Positions 17,901 to 27,323 are shown, counted from the stretch's first letter. The stretch: 64,000 bases of DNA from Acidiferrobacterales bacterium (GCA_947258385.1 CAMYII010000033.1:31529-95528); one strand, 5' to 3'. Translations and numbers: made by a program. Notes: generated by a model from the sequence alone, not told the origin.

Positions 17901-17935
17901 CGGAAAGCGCGGCGTGCCGCAAGGGCGGGCACGCC
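17901..17935 (-). terminator. possible terminator after the gpx operon
   Basis: A 10-bp GC stem (17911-17920 / 17925-17935, one bulge) lies just downstream of stop 17945. The U-tract is weak (GCGCUUUCC). Confidence 0.35.
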
Positions 17936-17944
17936 GGAATTGCA

Positions 17945-18802
17945 TTATGTCGAATCGCGCGACACGGTCCAAGGCCGTGGCGCGGAGTCGCAGCCGTAAC
18001 AATCGGTGGCCGCGGCCGGCGTGACCGCCGCCGGCGGGCGGGTGGCAAGCGCCAGCGCCGCGGCGATAAGGCAGGTGCTCACCACGATGGTCAACCCGCC
18101 GCGCAAGGAGCGGTACCACGCGGGCAAGCGGTCGCGGCGCACGAGCGAGGCGTCGAAAAAATACTGTCCGATGAAGGCCGCGAGCATCACCGCGATGGTC
18201 TGCGTTGGCGGTAACACAAAGCTCCCCCAGGCGACCAAGGCCGGAACCACGCTGAGCGACATCGGCAGCCACAAGGCGCTGTCAGACTGATCGCGCTGAC
18301 TCAGCGCGCGGCCCCAATGCACCGCGCCGACGAAGGAGAGAATCACCGCGCTGTATAACAGAAGCAGGCGCAGCGCGTCGGCGCGCCATGCCCCGGGTGC
18401 CCACCACAGGGCGGCGGCACCGATGATAAAAGGAATCAGGCCGCCGATGCCGAGGACCCTGGCGGGCCACGGTATTTTTTTGTTCGACGAACCCGCAACG
18501 CCAAAGTCATAGGCGAACAACTCGTCATAACCACCGATGAAGCGACCATCGGCGAAGACCTGCGGCAGGGTCTGCCAACCGGTTTGGTCTTGCAGCTCAT
18601 GAAATCGCTCGCGCATCGCCGGCGCGGCCATCCCTATAAGCGCGACATGACACGACACGCCGAGCCGCTTGAGGTGCGCGATCATGGCGCGGATATCCGT
18701 CAGGTTGGAGACAAAGATGACGACGCGGGCCTTGCGGATTTCGTCACGGAAATACCCATAATCGCTGTCACTACCTTGCATGGTTTGAATCGCGGTGTTC
18801 AT
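17945..18802 (-). CDS. glutaredoxin-like domain (no active-site Cys) fused to a DUF3429-like membrane domain
   Basis: From ATG 18802-18800 (MNTAIQ...). VVIFVSNLTD...TLPQVFADGRFIGGYDELF has a Grx fold signature but SNLTD in place of CPYC. It is followed by 4-5 TM segments (GGLIPFIIGAAALWW...SFVGAVHWG). The ATG overlaps the gpx stop (ATGA). Confidence 0.75.
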   Translation of the reverse strand: MNTAIQTMQGSDSDYGYFRDEIRKARVVIFVSNLTDIRAMIAHLKRLGVSCHVALIGMAAPAMRERFHELQDQTGWQTLPQVFADGRFIGGYDELFAYDFGVAGSSNKKIPWPARVLGIGGLIPFIIGAAALWWAPGAWRADALRLLLLYSAVILSFVGAVHWGRALSQRDQSDSALWLPMSLSVVPALVAWGSFVLPPTQTIAVMLAAFIGQYFFDASLVRRDRLPAWYRSLRGGLTIVVSTCLIAAALALATRPPAAVTPAAATDCYGCDSAPRPWTVSRDST

Positions 18803-19362
18803 TTGCCACCCCCTTGTCGGTCTAGCTCCTGGCGGATCGCCCGCAAGACGGTCGGATGCCCCGGCTCGAGCGCGGTGTCGAAACTGGCGACCAGCCCACC
18901 TTCGCGCCCAAGCAGGTATTTGTGGAAGTTCCACCGCGGGTAGCCGCCGGCCAGTGTCGCGAGCTTCTGATAAAACGGATGGGCGCGCGCGCGGTCGACA
19001 TGGATCTTCTCGAACATGGGAAACTGTACGCCGTAGGTGAGCCGGCAGAACGCCTTGATCTGCTTCTCGCTACCGGGTTCCTGGCCGGCGAAGTCGTTCG
19101 ACGGAAAGCCCAACACCACCAGCCCCTGGTCCTTATATGTCTCGTACAGCGTCTCCAGGCCGGAATACTGGTCGGTGTAGGCGCATTTGCTGGCGGTGTT
19201 GACGACCAGCACCACCTTGCCGGCATAACGCTCGCACAGCCGCACCCGCTCCTCGCCGGCGAGCGTGCGGAGGCTGAAATCCAAAGTGGCGGGACAGCTC
19301 GCGGCCTGGGCCAATGGACTCGAGGCGAGCCAGAGCACGATTCCGACGAGATCTGTACGCAT
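18799..19362 (-). CDS. glutathione peroxidase (Cys-type), with signal peptide
   Basis: Contains VVLVVNTASKCAYT, LVVLGFPSNDFAGQEPG and WNFHKYLL. Confidence 0.95.
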   Translation of the reverse strand: MRTDLVGIVLWLASSPLAQAASCPATLDFSLRTLAGEERVRLCERYAGKVVLVVNTASKCAYTDQYSGLETLYETYKDQGLVVLGFPSNDFAGQEPGSEKQIKAFCRLTYGVQFPMFEKIHVDRARAHPFYQKLATLAGGYPRWNFHKYLLGREGGLVASFDTALEPGHPTVLRAIRQELDRQGGGK

Positions 19363-19495
19363 AACACCCTCCTTTTTCTGCCGGGCAGCGTAAGGAAGAT
19401 CAGTATATGTATAATAATTGTAGATGTCTATACCTGGTAAACCTTATTATATATACCCTAAATAATCACAGAATTACTAATAATACTGGACAGGC

Positions 19496-19524
19496 TTGAC
19501 GCATCTGTACAGGTAATGTATAAG
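19496..19524 (+). promoter_or_regulatory. sigma70-like promoter TTGACG-N17-TATAAG with the palindrome CTGTACAG in the spacer
   Basis: The -35 element is at 19496-19501 and the -10 element at 19519-24. The 8-bp palindrome is at 19505-19512. It lies in an AT-rich divergent region between gpx and the regulator operon. Confidence 0.5.
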
Positions 19525-19553
19525 AATTTTTCAAGCTACCTAGGAGGCCAATC

Positions 19554-19679
19554 ATGCATGAACTTGTCATCAGTACCATCGGGTCCCTGGTCCTGATCGC
19601 CTTAGCCATGGGATTCCTGCGCCAACCGCTGCGCCGGGTCCTGGTGGCGCGGGATCAGCGCAAGCGGCGCCCGCAGTAG
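19554..19679 (+). CDS. unannotated 41-codon ORF: single TM helix plus Arg-rich tail
   Basis: AGGAGG (19542-19547) lies 6 nt before the ATG. The product is MHELVISTIGSLVLIALAMGFLRQPLRRVLVARDQRKRRPQ*, with GC-rich third positions like neighbouring genes. It is below the 60-aa cutoff of the ORF track. Confidence 0.55.
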   Translation: MHELVISTIGSLVLIALAMGFLRQPLRRVLVARDQRKRRPQ

Positions 19680-19719
19680 CGATTCCGAACAACGGCCCGA
19701 CTGAATATCTGATTGACTT

Positions 19720-20652
19720 ATGAACACAGCAAACCTCAAGCCCAGCGCCGAAAGCGAGCTCTATCCCATCCGCACGGTGGCCACGGTCACCGGGGTTAAC
19801 CCCATTACCCTGCGCGCCTGGGAGAGGCGCTATGGGCTGATCCAGCCGCAGCGCACCGGCAAAGGCCACCGGCTGTACAGCCGTGAGGACATCGACAAGA
19901 TCCGACGGGTGGTGGCGCTGCTGGACAAGGGCCTGTCCATCGGCCAGGTCCGTCACGCGCTGGCGCGCAGCCCCAGCGCGGAGGGTCAAATGCGCGACCC
20001 GGGTCCGTGGACACGCTATCAGGCGGCCATGATGGCAGCGGTGATCGATTTCGACGAGAACGGCCTGGAGGCGATCTACAACGAGGCGCTGTCGCTCTAC
20101 CCCGTGGATATCGTTACCCGGCGGCTGCTGCTGCCGCTGCTCGAGCAGCTCGGCGAGCGCTGGCGCGCGGCCGAGGGCAGTATCGCCGAGGAGCACTTCT
20201 TCGGCGTATATCTGCGCAACAAGCTGGGGGCACGCTTCCACCACCGCCACCGGCATAACACCGGGCCGACGCTGCTGGCCGCCTGCCTGCCCGGTGAGCA
20301 GCACGAGCTCGGCCTGCTGCTGTTCGCGCTTTCGGCACACGAGCATGGCTACCGCCTGGTACTACTCGGCGCCGACCTGCCCCTGCAGGAACTGCCGGCG
20401 GCGGTGCGGCGCACCGGTGCCGACACCGTCGTCCTGTCCGGCTCACACAAACCCGCACCGGCGCTGTTCGCTATCGAGCTGCCCGCGCTCACCCGCGAGG
20501 TCACGATTCCCGTATTCATCGGCGGCGCGGTGTCGGTGCGCCACCACGACGTCATTGTGCGCGCCGGCGCCACGCCCGTCGGCAGCGACATCGAGCACGG
20601 ACTGACAACGATCGGCCGCACGCTCGGACACCACGAGGAGAACACGCGATGA
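19720..20652 (+). CDS. MerR-family regulator with C-terminal cobalamin-binding domain (LitR/CarH-like)
   Basis: The MerR HTH is YPIRTVATVTGVNPITLRAWERRYGL..R..GHRLYS. The C-terminal domain carries E-Q-H-E-L-G (20296-20313), which is the D/E-x-H-x-x-G lower-ligand motif, followed by a Rossmann-like VVLSGS. Confidence 0.85.
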   Translation: MNTANLKPSAESELYPIRTVATVTGVNPITLRAWERRYGLIQPQRTGKGHRLYSREDIDKIRRVVALLDKGLSIGQVRHALARSPSAEGQMRDPGPWTRYQAAMMAAVIDFDENGLEAIYNEALSLYPVDIVTRRLLLPLLEQLGERWRAAEGSIAEEHFFGVYLRNKLGARFHHRHRHNTGPTLLAACLPGEQHELGLLLFALSAHEHGYRLVLLGADLPLQELPAAVRRTGADTVVLSGSHKPAPALFAIELPALTREVTIPVFIGGAVSVRHHDVIVRAGATPVGSDIEHGLTTIGRTLGHHEENTR

Positions 20653-21716
20653 ATACAGCCAGCAGCAAGGCCATCCAGTGGACGGAACAGGGCTACGTGC
20701 CCGATGTCGCCATCCGTCACGGCATCCGGCAACTGATCAGGCAGCGCCTGGCCGAGCTTCACGATGGCGACTGCGAGACCGCGGGCAAGATCACGGAAAC
20801 CTTCGTCGCCGCCATGAACCGCGCCGAAATCGCGCCGCTGCCGCACAAGGCCAATGAGCAGCATTATGAAGTGCCGGCTGAGTTCTTTGACGCGGTGCTC
20901 GGGACACACCGCAAGTACAGCAGCTGCTACTGGCCGGCGGAGGTCGGCACACTCGATCAGGCCGAGGCGGCGGCGCTGCGCGTGACCTGCGAACGCGCGG
21001 CGCTGGCCGATGGCATGCAGATCCTCGAGCTCGGCTGCGGCTGGGGCTCGCTGACCCTGTGGATGGCGGCGCACTATCCGAACAGCGCCGTCACGGCCGT
21101 GTCCAATTCCGGTTCGCAGCGGGATTTCATTTTAGGGGAAGCCGAACGGCGAGGCCTCAAGAATATCGAGGTCATCACCCGCGACATGAACGAGTTCGAT
21201 ATCGATAAGCGCTTTGACCGCATCGTCTCGGTGGAGATGTTCGAGCACATGCGCAACTATCGCCGGCTGTTCGCGCGGATTCACGACTGGCTCGTACCCG
21301 GCGGACGGTTTTTCATGCACATCTTCTGCCACCGCGCCACGCCGTATGAGTTTATCGACAACGGGCCGGGCGACTGGATGAGTCGCCATTTCTTCTCCGG
21401 CGGCATCATGCCGAGCGACGAGCTACCGCTACGCTTCCAGGAGCATCTGCGCCTGCTCGAGCGCTGGCGCTGGGACGGACGTCACTACGAGAAAACCGCC
21501 AACGCCTGGCTCGCCAATATGGACCGGCGCAAGGCCCTGATGTGGCCGATCCTTGAACGCACTTACGGCGTGGGGGAAGCCACACGCTGGTGGACGCGCT
21601 GGCGGATCTTCTTCATGGCCTGCGCCGAGCTTTTCGGTTACGGGCAGGGGCAACAGTGGTGGGTGAGTCATTACCTATTCGAGCGGCCGGCCGCAGACGC
21701 GAAGGCGCGAGGCTAA
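20649..21716 (+). CDS. cyclopropane-fatty-acyl-phospholipid synthase-family SAM methyltransferase
   Basis: Contains HYEVPAEFF, ILELGCGWGSL, SVEMFEHM and FMHIF. The start overlaps the regulator stop (ATGA). Confidence 0.9.
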   Translation: MNTASSKAIQWTEQGYVPDVAIRHGIRQLIRQRLAELHDGDCETAGKITETFVAAMNRAEIAPLPHKANEQHYEVPAEFFDAVLGTHRKYSSCYWPAEVGTLDQAEAAALRVTCERAALADGMQILELGCGWGSLTLWMAAHYPNSAVTAVSNSGSQRDFILGEAERRGLKNIEVITRDMNEFDIDKRFDRIVSVEMFEHMRNYRRLFARIHDWLVPGGRFFMHIFCHRATPYEFIDNGPGDWMSRHFFSGGIMPSDELPLRFQEHLRLLERWRWDGRHYEKTANAWLANMDRRKALMWPILERTYGVGEATRWWTRWRIFFMACAELFGYGQGQQWWVSHYLFERPAADAKARG

Positions 21717-21722
21717 GCCGGC

Positions 21723-22262
21723 ATGAACATTCTGATAAATTTCATCGCTTTTCAACTCGGATGGTTCGCCTGCGTGCTGGGCGGCGCCTATGGTTGGCCG
21801 TGGGCCGGGACCGGGCTCGCCATGGCCATCGTCGTGCTGCATCTCGCGCGGGCGCAGGACCCGGCGCCGGAGCTCGCGCTCATCGCGCTTGCCGCGCTGC
21901 TCGGCGCCGCGTTCGACAGCCTGCTGGTGACCCTCGGATGGCTGTCTTATGCCTCCGGCACGCTCGTCCAGGGCACCGCGCCCCATTGGATGGTCGCGCT
22001 GTGGATGCTGTTCGCCACCACACTGAACGTCACGCTGTGCTGGCTGAAGGGGCGCTGGGCACTGGCCGCCGTATTGGGTGCCGTGGCCGGGCCGCTGGCT
22101 TATATCGCAGGCCACAAGCTCGGTGCCCTCGAGTTCGTAAACCCGCCAAACGGACTGATTGCGCTCGCCGCCGGCTGGGGGCTGTTGATGCCCGCGCTGA
22201 TAGCGCTGTCCGTGCGCTTCGACGGTATGACAACCGCGCGCTGGGCAAATCAACCGACCTGA
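21723..22262 (+). CDS. DUF2878-like membrane protein
   Basis: 179 aa with 5 hydrophobic segments (INFIAFQLGWFACVLG...). The family call is from memory of its co-occurrence with cfa-type clusters. Confidence 0.7.
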   Translation: MNILINFIAFQLGWFACVLGGAYGWPWAGTGLAMAIVVLHLARAQDPAPELALIALAALLGAAFDSLLVTLGWLSYASGTLVQGTAPHWMVALWMLFATTLNVTLCWLKGRWALAAVLGAVAGPLAYIAGHKLGALEFVNPPNGLIALAAGWGLLMPALIALSVRFDGMTTARWANQPT

Positions 22263-22281
22263 ACCGGAAAGGGCTGAGACC

Positions 22282-23058
22282 ATGTTCGACCTGAACGCCT
22301 ATCTGTGGGGACTGACAGCGATCCTGATCGCCGCGGTGCTCGCCTGGTTGATGGGCCTGTTCAAACGCGATGTCAGCATTGTCGACAGCCTGTGGTCGCT
22401 GTTCTTCCTGCTGGCCGCCGCCGTTTACGCGGCCGCGGCACCGGATGCGGGACCGCGCACGCTGCTCGTGCTCGCGCTGGTCGTCGTCTGGGCCCTGCGC
22501 CTGTCGGCTTACATCACCTGGCGCAACCGGGGCGAGGGCGAGGACTGGCGCTATCAGGCCATCCGCCGCAACAATGAACCGCATTTCGCCATCAAGAGCC
22601 TGTATATCGTCTTCGGGTTGCAGGGCCTGCTCGCCTGGCTGATTTCCCTGCCGCTGTTGGCCGCCATAGGCTCCGGCACCGCGATCAACGCGCTGGATTT
22701 TATCGGCGTGGGTCTGTGGACCGCCGGCATGGCCTTCGAGGCCGGCGGTGATTATCAGCTCGCGCGCTTCAAGGCGCGCGCGGAGCACCAGGGCAAGGTC
22801 ATGGACCAGGGTCTTTGGCGCTACACGCGCCACCCGAATTACTTCGGTGAGTTCTGCATCTGGTGGGGCTTTTATGCGATCGCGCTCGCCGGCGGCGCAT
22901 GGTGGGCCGTCGTCTCCCCGCTCGTCATGACGGGACTCTTGCTGCGGGTCTCAGGCGTAGCGCTGATGGAGAAAGACATCGGCGAGCGCCGCCCCGCCTA
23001 TCGCGAGTACATCACCCGAACCAATACCTTCTTCCCCGGTCCGCCGCGGAAGGCCTGA
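22282..23058 (+). CDS. DUF1295 / steroid 5-alpha-reductase-like membrane protein
   Basis: Contains GLWRYTRHPNYFGEFCIWWGF near the C-terminus and is multi-TM. Confidence 0.85.
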   Translation: MFDLNAYLWGLTAILIAAVLAWLMGLFKRDVSIVDSLWSLFFLLAAAVYAAAAPDAGPRTLLVLALVVVWALRLSAYITWRNRGEGEDWRYQAIRRNNEPHFAIKSLYIVFGLQGLLAWLISLPLLAAIGSGTAINALDFIGVGLWTAGMAFEAGGDYQLARFKARAEHQGKVMDQGLWRYTRHPNYFGEFCIWWGFYAIALAGGAWWAVVSPLVMTGLLLRVSGVALMEKDIGERRPAYREYITRTNTFFPGPPRKA

Positions 23059-23085
23059 GGCCGACAGACTGCGAGGAGGTGGATC

Positions 23086-23745
23086 ATGACACGCATGCTC
23101 AAGCAATCGTCTCAAATGCTCAGGGCCTGGCTGCTGGCCGCGGCGCTGGTCTTTGCGGCCGACGCCGGCGCCAATCAGGCCCGCGAATGGCGCTTTACCG
23201 TTTTTCTGGATAACAAAAAAATCGGCTATCACCACTTCAGCCTGAAGCAACTCGGGCGCAGGCAACGGCTCGACAGCGAGGCCCGTTTCAAAGTCAAGTT
23301 CCTGCTCTTCGATGCCTACCGCTATGAGCACAATAACGTCGAATGGTGGCGGGGCAACTGCCTCGCCGGTATCCAGTCCCGTACCGATGACAACGGCGAG
23401 ACCTTTTCCGTGCAGGGCGGCATCGCGCGAGACCGTTTCACCGTCGAGACCGGGCTGGAAAACAAGACCCTGCCACCGTGTGTAGTGAGCTTCGCCTACT
23501 GGAATCCCGCGCTGCTCGCGCGGCCGCGGCTGCTCAATGCACAGACCGGTGAGTACGTGGAGGTCACGGTGACGCCCCTGGGTCCGGACACCGTCACCGT
23601 GCGCGGCGAGCCGGTGCCGGCCTACCGCTATCGCCTGAGCGGCGAGGACCTGGCGATCGATCTCTGGTATTCGCCCGACAATCACTGGCTGGCCCTGGAA
23701 TCGACACTCGAGGGCGGACGCAAGCTGCGCTACCGCATGCAGTGA
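23086..23745 (+). CDS. secreted DUF3108/DUF6134-like protein
   Basis: Has a GAGGAGG RBS and a signal peptide (AWLLAAALVFAADAGA). It is beta-rich and the family call is tentative. Confidence 0.65.
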   Translation: MTRMLKQSSQMLRAWLLAAALVFAADAGANQAREWRFTVFLDNKKIGYHHFSLKQLGRRQRLDSEARFKVKFLLFDAYRYEHNNVEWWRGNCLAGIQSRTDDNGETFSVQGGIARDRFTVETGLENKTLPPCVVSFAYWNPALLARPRLLNAQTGEYVEVTVTPLGPDTVTVRGEPVPAYRYRLSGEDLAIDLWYSPDNHWLALESTLEGGRKLRYRMQ

Positions 23746-23775
23746 TTTGCCGGACACGCCGCACCCATTGAAGGA

Positions 23776-24321
23776 ATGACTGTGAAGAAAGCCATGATAA
23801 TGCTCTCACTTGTGACGCCCGCGTTGCTAGTCGGCTGTCAGACCGCGAGGCCGCCGATCGAGACGGTGGGCTATGTCGATCTCGAGCGCTTTATGGGCGA
23901 CTGGTATGTGTTCGCCAGCATCCCGACCTTCATCGAAAAGGGCGCGCACAATGCCGTGGAATCCTACCGGCTGACCGAGGAAGGCACCATCGAGACCACA
24001 TTCAGCTTCCGGCAGGGCGGCTTCGACGGCGAGCGTAAACGTTACCGTCCCACGGGCTTCGTGCGAGACAAAGAATCCAACGCCGTCTGGGGCATGCAGT
24101 TCCTGTGGCCGATCAAGGCCGACTACCGCGTGATCTATCTCAAGGAGGACTACAGCCAAACGGTCATCGGCCGCAACCAGCGCGACTACGTCTGGGTCAT
24201 GGCGCGCACACCGTCCATCCCCGAGACCGACTATGCCCGCATCAAGCGCCTGCTCAAGCAACAGGGCTATGATGTCTCGCAGCTGCAGCAAGTCCCGCAG
24301 CGTTGGGAGCAGGCGTCATGA
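23776..24321 (+). CDS. blc: bacterial lipocalin (Blc-like) lipoprotein
   Basis: Has the lipobox LLVGC and VDLERFMGDWYVFASIP. The exact start is uncertain (ATG 23776, GTG 23782 or ATG 23794). Confidence 0.85.
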   Translation: MTVKKAMIMLSLVTPALLVGCQTARPPIETVGYVDLERFMGDWYVFASIPTFIEKGAHNAVESYRLTEEGTIETTFSFRQGGFDGERKRYRPTGFVRDKESNAVWGMQFLWPIKADYRVIYLKEDYSQTVIGRNQRDYVWVMARTPSIPETDYARIKRLLKQQGYDVSQLQQVPQRWEQAS

Positions 24322-25292
24322 ATCGACCCGACTTTCATCCCCCGCAAACCGGTACCGGCCTGTGGCGGCGGCTCGCGCGCTGGTTCGACAACGAGGCCGG
24401 CGGCGATCACGGCACGGCGGTGGACCCGGCACGCATCGACTGGCTGCGCCTGCTTCCGTTCATCGCCATGCACCTTATGTGCCTGGGGGTGATCTGGGTG
24501 GGATGGAGCCCGGTCGCGCTCGGCGTGGCGGTGGCGCTTTACGGCCTTCGCATGTTCGCGATCACGGGTTTTTATCATCGCTATTTCTCGCACCGGTCCT
24601 TCCGCACGACGCGGGGGCTGCAGTTCGTGTTCGCCCTGCTCGGCGCCACGGCCGGCCAGCGCGGGCCTTTGTGGTGGGCGGCGCATCACCGGCGCCACCA
24701 CGCGCGTTCGGATCAGGCCGCCGATCTGCACTCCCCGGTGCGGCACGGCTTCCTCTGGAGCCATATGGGCTGGTTCATGGCCGCCGAGAGCTTCCCCACG
24801 GACCTCAAAGCGGTGCCCGACCTCGCCCGCTATCCGGAGCTGCACTGGCTGGACCGCTTCGATACGCTCGTGCCGCTGGCGCTGGCGCTGGCGCTTTATG
24901 GGCTGGGCGAGCTGCTCGACTTTACCGCGCCCTCGCTTGGGACCGACGGGCCGCAGATGCTGATCTGGGGATTCTTCGTCTCCACCGTGGTGCTGTATCA
25001 CGTGACCTATACGATCAACTCCGTCGCCCACCGCTTCGGCCGTCGCCGCTACCGCACGCGCGACAACAGCCGCAACAACGGCTGGCTGGCGCTGCTCACC
25101 TTCGGCGAGGGCTGGCACAACAACCATCACCACTATCCGGGGTCGGCACGGCAGGGGTTCTACTGGTGGGAGATCGACATCACCTATTACCTGCTGCTGC
25201 TGCTCGCGCGCCTGCGACTGATCTGGGACTTGAGGCCGGTGCCGGTCGCAGTGCGCGACGCCCGGCGTACCGACTCGGGTGCACCGGCATGA
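24318..25292 (+). CDS. membrane acyl-CoA/acyl-lipid fatty acid desaturase
   Basis: Has the three His boxes HRYFSHRSF, HHRRHHARSD and WHNNHHHYP. ATG 24318 overlaps the lipocalin stop (ATGA). The track start at 24303 is a TTG. Confidence 0.9.
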   Translation: MNRPDFHPPQTGTGLWRRLARWFDNEAGGDHGTAVDPARIDWLRLLPFIAMHLMCLGVIWVGWSPVALGVAVALYGLRMFAITGFYHRYFSHRSFRTTRGLQFVFALLGATAGQRGPLWWAAHHRRHHARSDQAADLHSPVRHGFLWSHMGWFMAAESFPTDLKAVPDLARYPELHWLDRFDTLVPLALALALYGLGELLDFTAPSLGTDGPQMLIWGFFVSTVVLYHVTYTINSVAHRFGRRRYRTRDNSRNNGWLALLTFGEGWHNNHHHYPGSARQGFYWWEIDITYYLLLLLARLRLIWDLRPVPVAVRDARRTDSGAPA

Positions 25293-26578
25293 ACGCCCGC
25301 AAGCGCATCGCCGTCATCGGCACCGGCATCGCCGGCATGGTCGCCGCCTACAGGCTGCATCGCGATCACGAAATCACCGTGTTCGAGGCCAATGACTACA
25401 TCGGCGGTCATACCCACACCCACGACATCGAGCTCGGCGGCTGGCGCCACGCCGTCGACAGCGGCTTCATCGTCTTCAACGACTGGACCTATCCGAACTT
25501 CATCAGACTTCTGGACGAGCTCGGCGTCGAATCGCAACCCTCGAACATGAGCTTCAGCGTCAAGTGCGAGCGCACGGGCCTGGAATACAACGGGACGTCC
25601 TTGAACACCCTGTTCGCGCAGCGGCGTAATCTGCTGCGACCGTCTTTCCATCGCATGATCCGCGATATTCTGCGCTTCAATCGCGAGGCCCCGGCGCTGC
25701 TCGATCAAAGCGATGATCGTGTCACGCTCGGCGAGTTCCTCTCGGCCCAGGGCTATTCGCCCGGCTTCATCGATCACTACATCGTGCCCATGGGGGCGGC
25801 GATCTGGTCCACCGACCCCGTGCGGATGCTCGGGTTTCCGGCGCGCTACTTCGTGCGCTTCCTGCACAACCACGGCATGCTCAGCGTCAACGACCGGCCC
25901 GTGTGGCGGGTGATCAAAGGCGGCTCGGCGCGCTATAGCGAACGGCTGACGGCGGCCTACCGGGAGCGCATTCAGTTGAACTCACCGATCGCGTGGATCC
26001 GGCGCCAGGCTTCCCATGTCGAAATCAAACCCGCCGGCCACGAGGCGCAGCGCTTCGATGCGGTATTCATCGCCACCCACAGCGACCAGGCGCTGAGTCT
26101 GCTGGCGGACGCCACGGCGACAGAGCGCGAGGTCCTGGGCGCGATTCCATACCAGGCGAACGAGGCCGTGCTGCACACGGATACTGCCATGCTACCCAGG
26201 CGCCGGCGCGCCTGGGCCGCCTGGAACTATCACGTACTGCGGCAGCAAGCCGGCCCCGTGGCCCTTACCTATAATATGAACATCCTGCAAGGACTCCACG
26301 CGCCGCAGACCTTCTGCGTCACCCTGAACCACGGCGACGCGATCGACCCCGCGCGCATCATTAAACGCATGCGCTATCACCATCCGCTCTACACCCCGGA
26401 AGGCGTGGCGGCCCAGCAACGTCATGCCGAGATCAACGGCGTCAAGCGCACCTTTTACTGCGGGGCCTACTGGCGCTTCGGTTTTCACGAGGACGGCGTG
26501 GTGAGCGCGCTTTCGGCTTACGAGCATTTTACGGAGTGGCTACGCCATGAAGAGCTGCATCTACGAAGGACGGGTTAG
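25289..26578 (+). CDS. FAD/NAD(P)-binding amine-oxidase-like oxidoreductase
   Basis: RIAVIGTGIAGMVAAYRL is a dinucleotide-binding motif. The start ATG 25289 overlaps the desaturase stop (ATGA). It forms the in-frame C-terminal part of the artefactual 781-aa track ORF. Confidence 0.9.
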   Translation: MNARKRIAVIGTGIAGMVAAYRLHRDHEITVFEANDYIGGHTHTHDIELGGWRHAVDSGFIVFNDWTYPNFIRLLDELGVESQPSNMSFSVKCERTGLEYNGTSLNTLFAQRRNLLRPSFHRMIRDILRFNREAPALLDQSDDRVTLGEFLSAQGYSPGFIDHYIVPMGAAIWSTDPVRMLGFPARYFVRFLHNHGMLSVNDRPVWRVIKGGSARYSERLTAAYRERIQLNSPIAWIRRQASHVEIKPAGHEAQRFDAVFIATHSDQALSLLADATATEREVLGAIPYQANEAVLHTDTAMLPRRRRAWAAWNYHVLRQQAGPVALTYNMNILQGLHAPQTFCVTLNHGDAIDPARIIKRMRYHHPLYTPEGVAAQQRHAEINGVKRTFYCGAYWRFGFHEDGVVSALSAYEHFTEWLRHEELHLRRTG

Positions 26579-27323
26579 ACACCGCCGCTTCACGCCGGCC
26601 GAGAACGGCTTCAGCTATTCGCTGTTCATGCTGTATCTCGACCTGGCCGAGCTGCCGGCGCTGTTCGACCGCCACTGGCTGTGGTCGGCGCGACGCTTCA
26701 ACCTCGCCTGGTTCCGCCGCGCCGATCATATGGGCGATCCGGCGGTACCGCTCGCGACCGCGGTGCGCGATCTGGTGCAAGCCGAAACCGGCCGCCGGCC
26801 GGCCGGCCCCATTCGGCTCCTGACCCACCTGCGCTATTTCGGCTATGGCTTCAACCCGGTGAGCTTCTACTACTGCTTCGATCGGCAGGATCAGCGGGTC
26901 GAGACCATCGTCGCCGAGGTCAACAACACGCCCTGGGGCGAGCGTCATTGCTACGTGCTCGATGAACGGCTCAACGAGGGGCACGGCAGCAACAAACGCT
27001 ATCGCTTTGACAAGCGCTTTCATGTCTCGCCCTTCATGGAAATGGCGCTCGATTACGACTGGCGCTTCAATACGCCGGCGGATCGTCTCGCGGTGCACAT
27101 GGCCAATTGGAAAAACGGCGCGCGGCTCTTCGACGCCACACTGACGCTGGAGCGCAAGGCCGTAGGCGCGCCGGTCTTGGCGCGCACGCTGGCGACCCAC
27201 CCCTTCATGACCGGCAAGGTGATCGCCATGATCTACTGGCAGGCGCTCAAACTCTGGTGGAAGCGAGTGCCGTTTCATACCCATCCCACGAAGCCCAAGC
27301 ACGCGGAGGTGAAAGAGCCATGA
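26547..27323 (+). CDS. DUF1365 family protein
   Basis: MKSCIYEGRVRHRRF...FSYSLFMLYLDL is the characteristic N-terminus. It overlaps the upstream gene by 32 nt. Confidence 0.9.
   Translation: MKSCIYEGRVRHRRFTPAENGFSYSLFMLYLDLAELPALFDRHWLWSARRFNLAWFRRADHMGDPAVPLATAVRDLVQAETGRRPAGPIRLLTHLRYFGYGFNPVSFYYCFDRQDQRVETIVAEVNNTPWGERHCYVLDERLNEGHGSNKRYRFDKRFHVSPFMEMALDYDWRFNTPADRLAVHMANWKNGARLFDATLTLERKAVGAPVLARTLATHPFMTGKVIAMIYWQALKLWWKRVPFHTHPTKPKHAEVKEP

Noticed and set aside
17945-18934. 329-aa version of the Grx-like/DUF3429 protein.
   Set aside because: The first 44 codons overlap the 3' end of gpx and look non-native. ATG 18802 gives the classic ATGA coupling with the gpx stop.
24233-26578. 781-aa ORF suggesting a giant fusion protein.
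   Set aside because: The first 352 codons are an Arg/Ala/Pro-rich out-of-frame shadow of the desaturase gene, whose three His boxes read in the 24318..25292 frame. The real FAD-oxidoreductase starts at ATG 25289, where it has the GxGxxG motif and an ATGA overlap with the desaturase stop.
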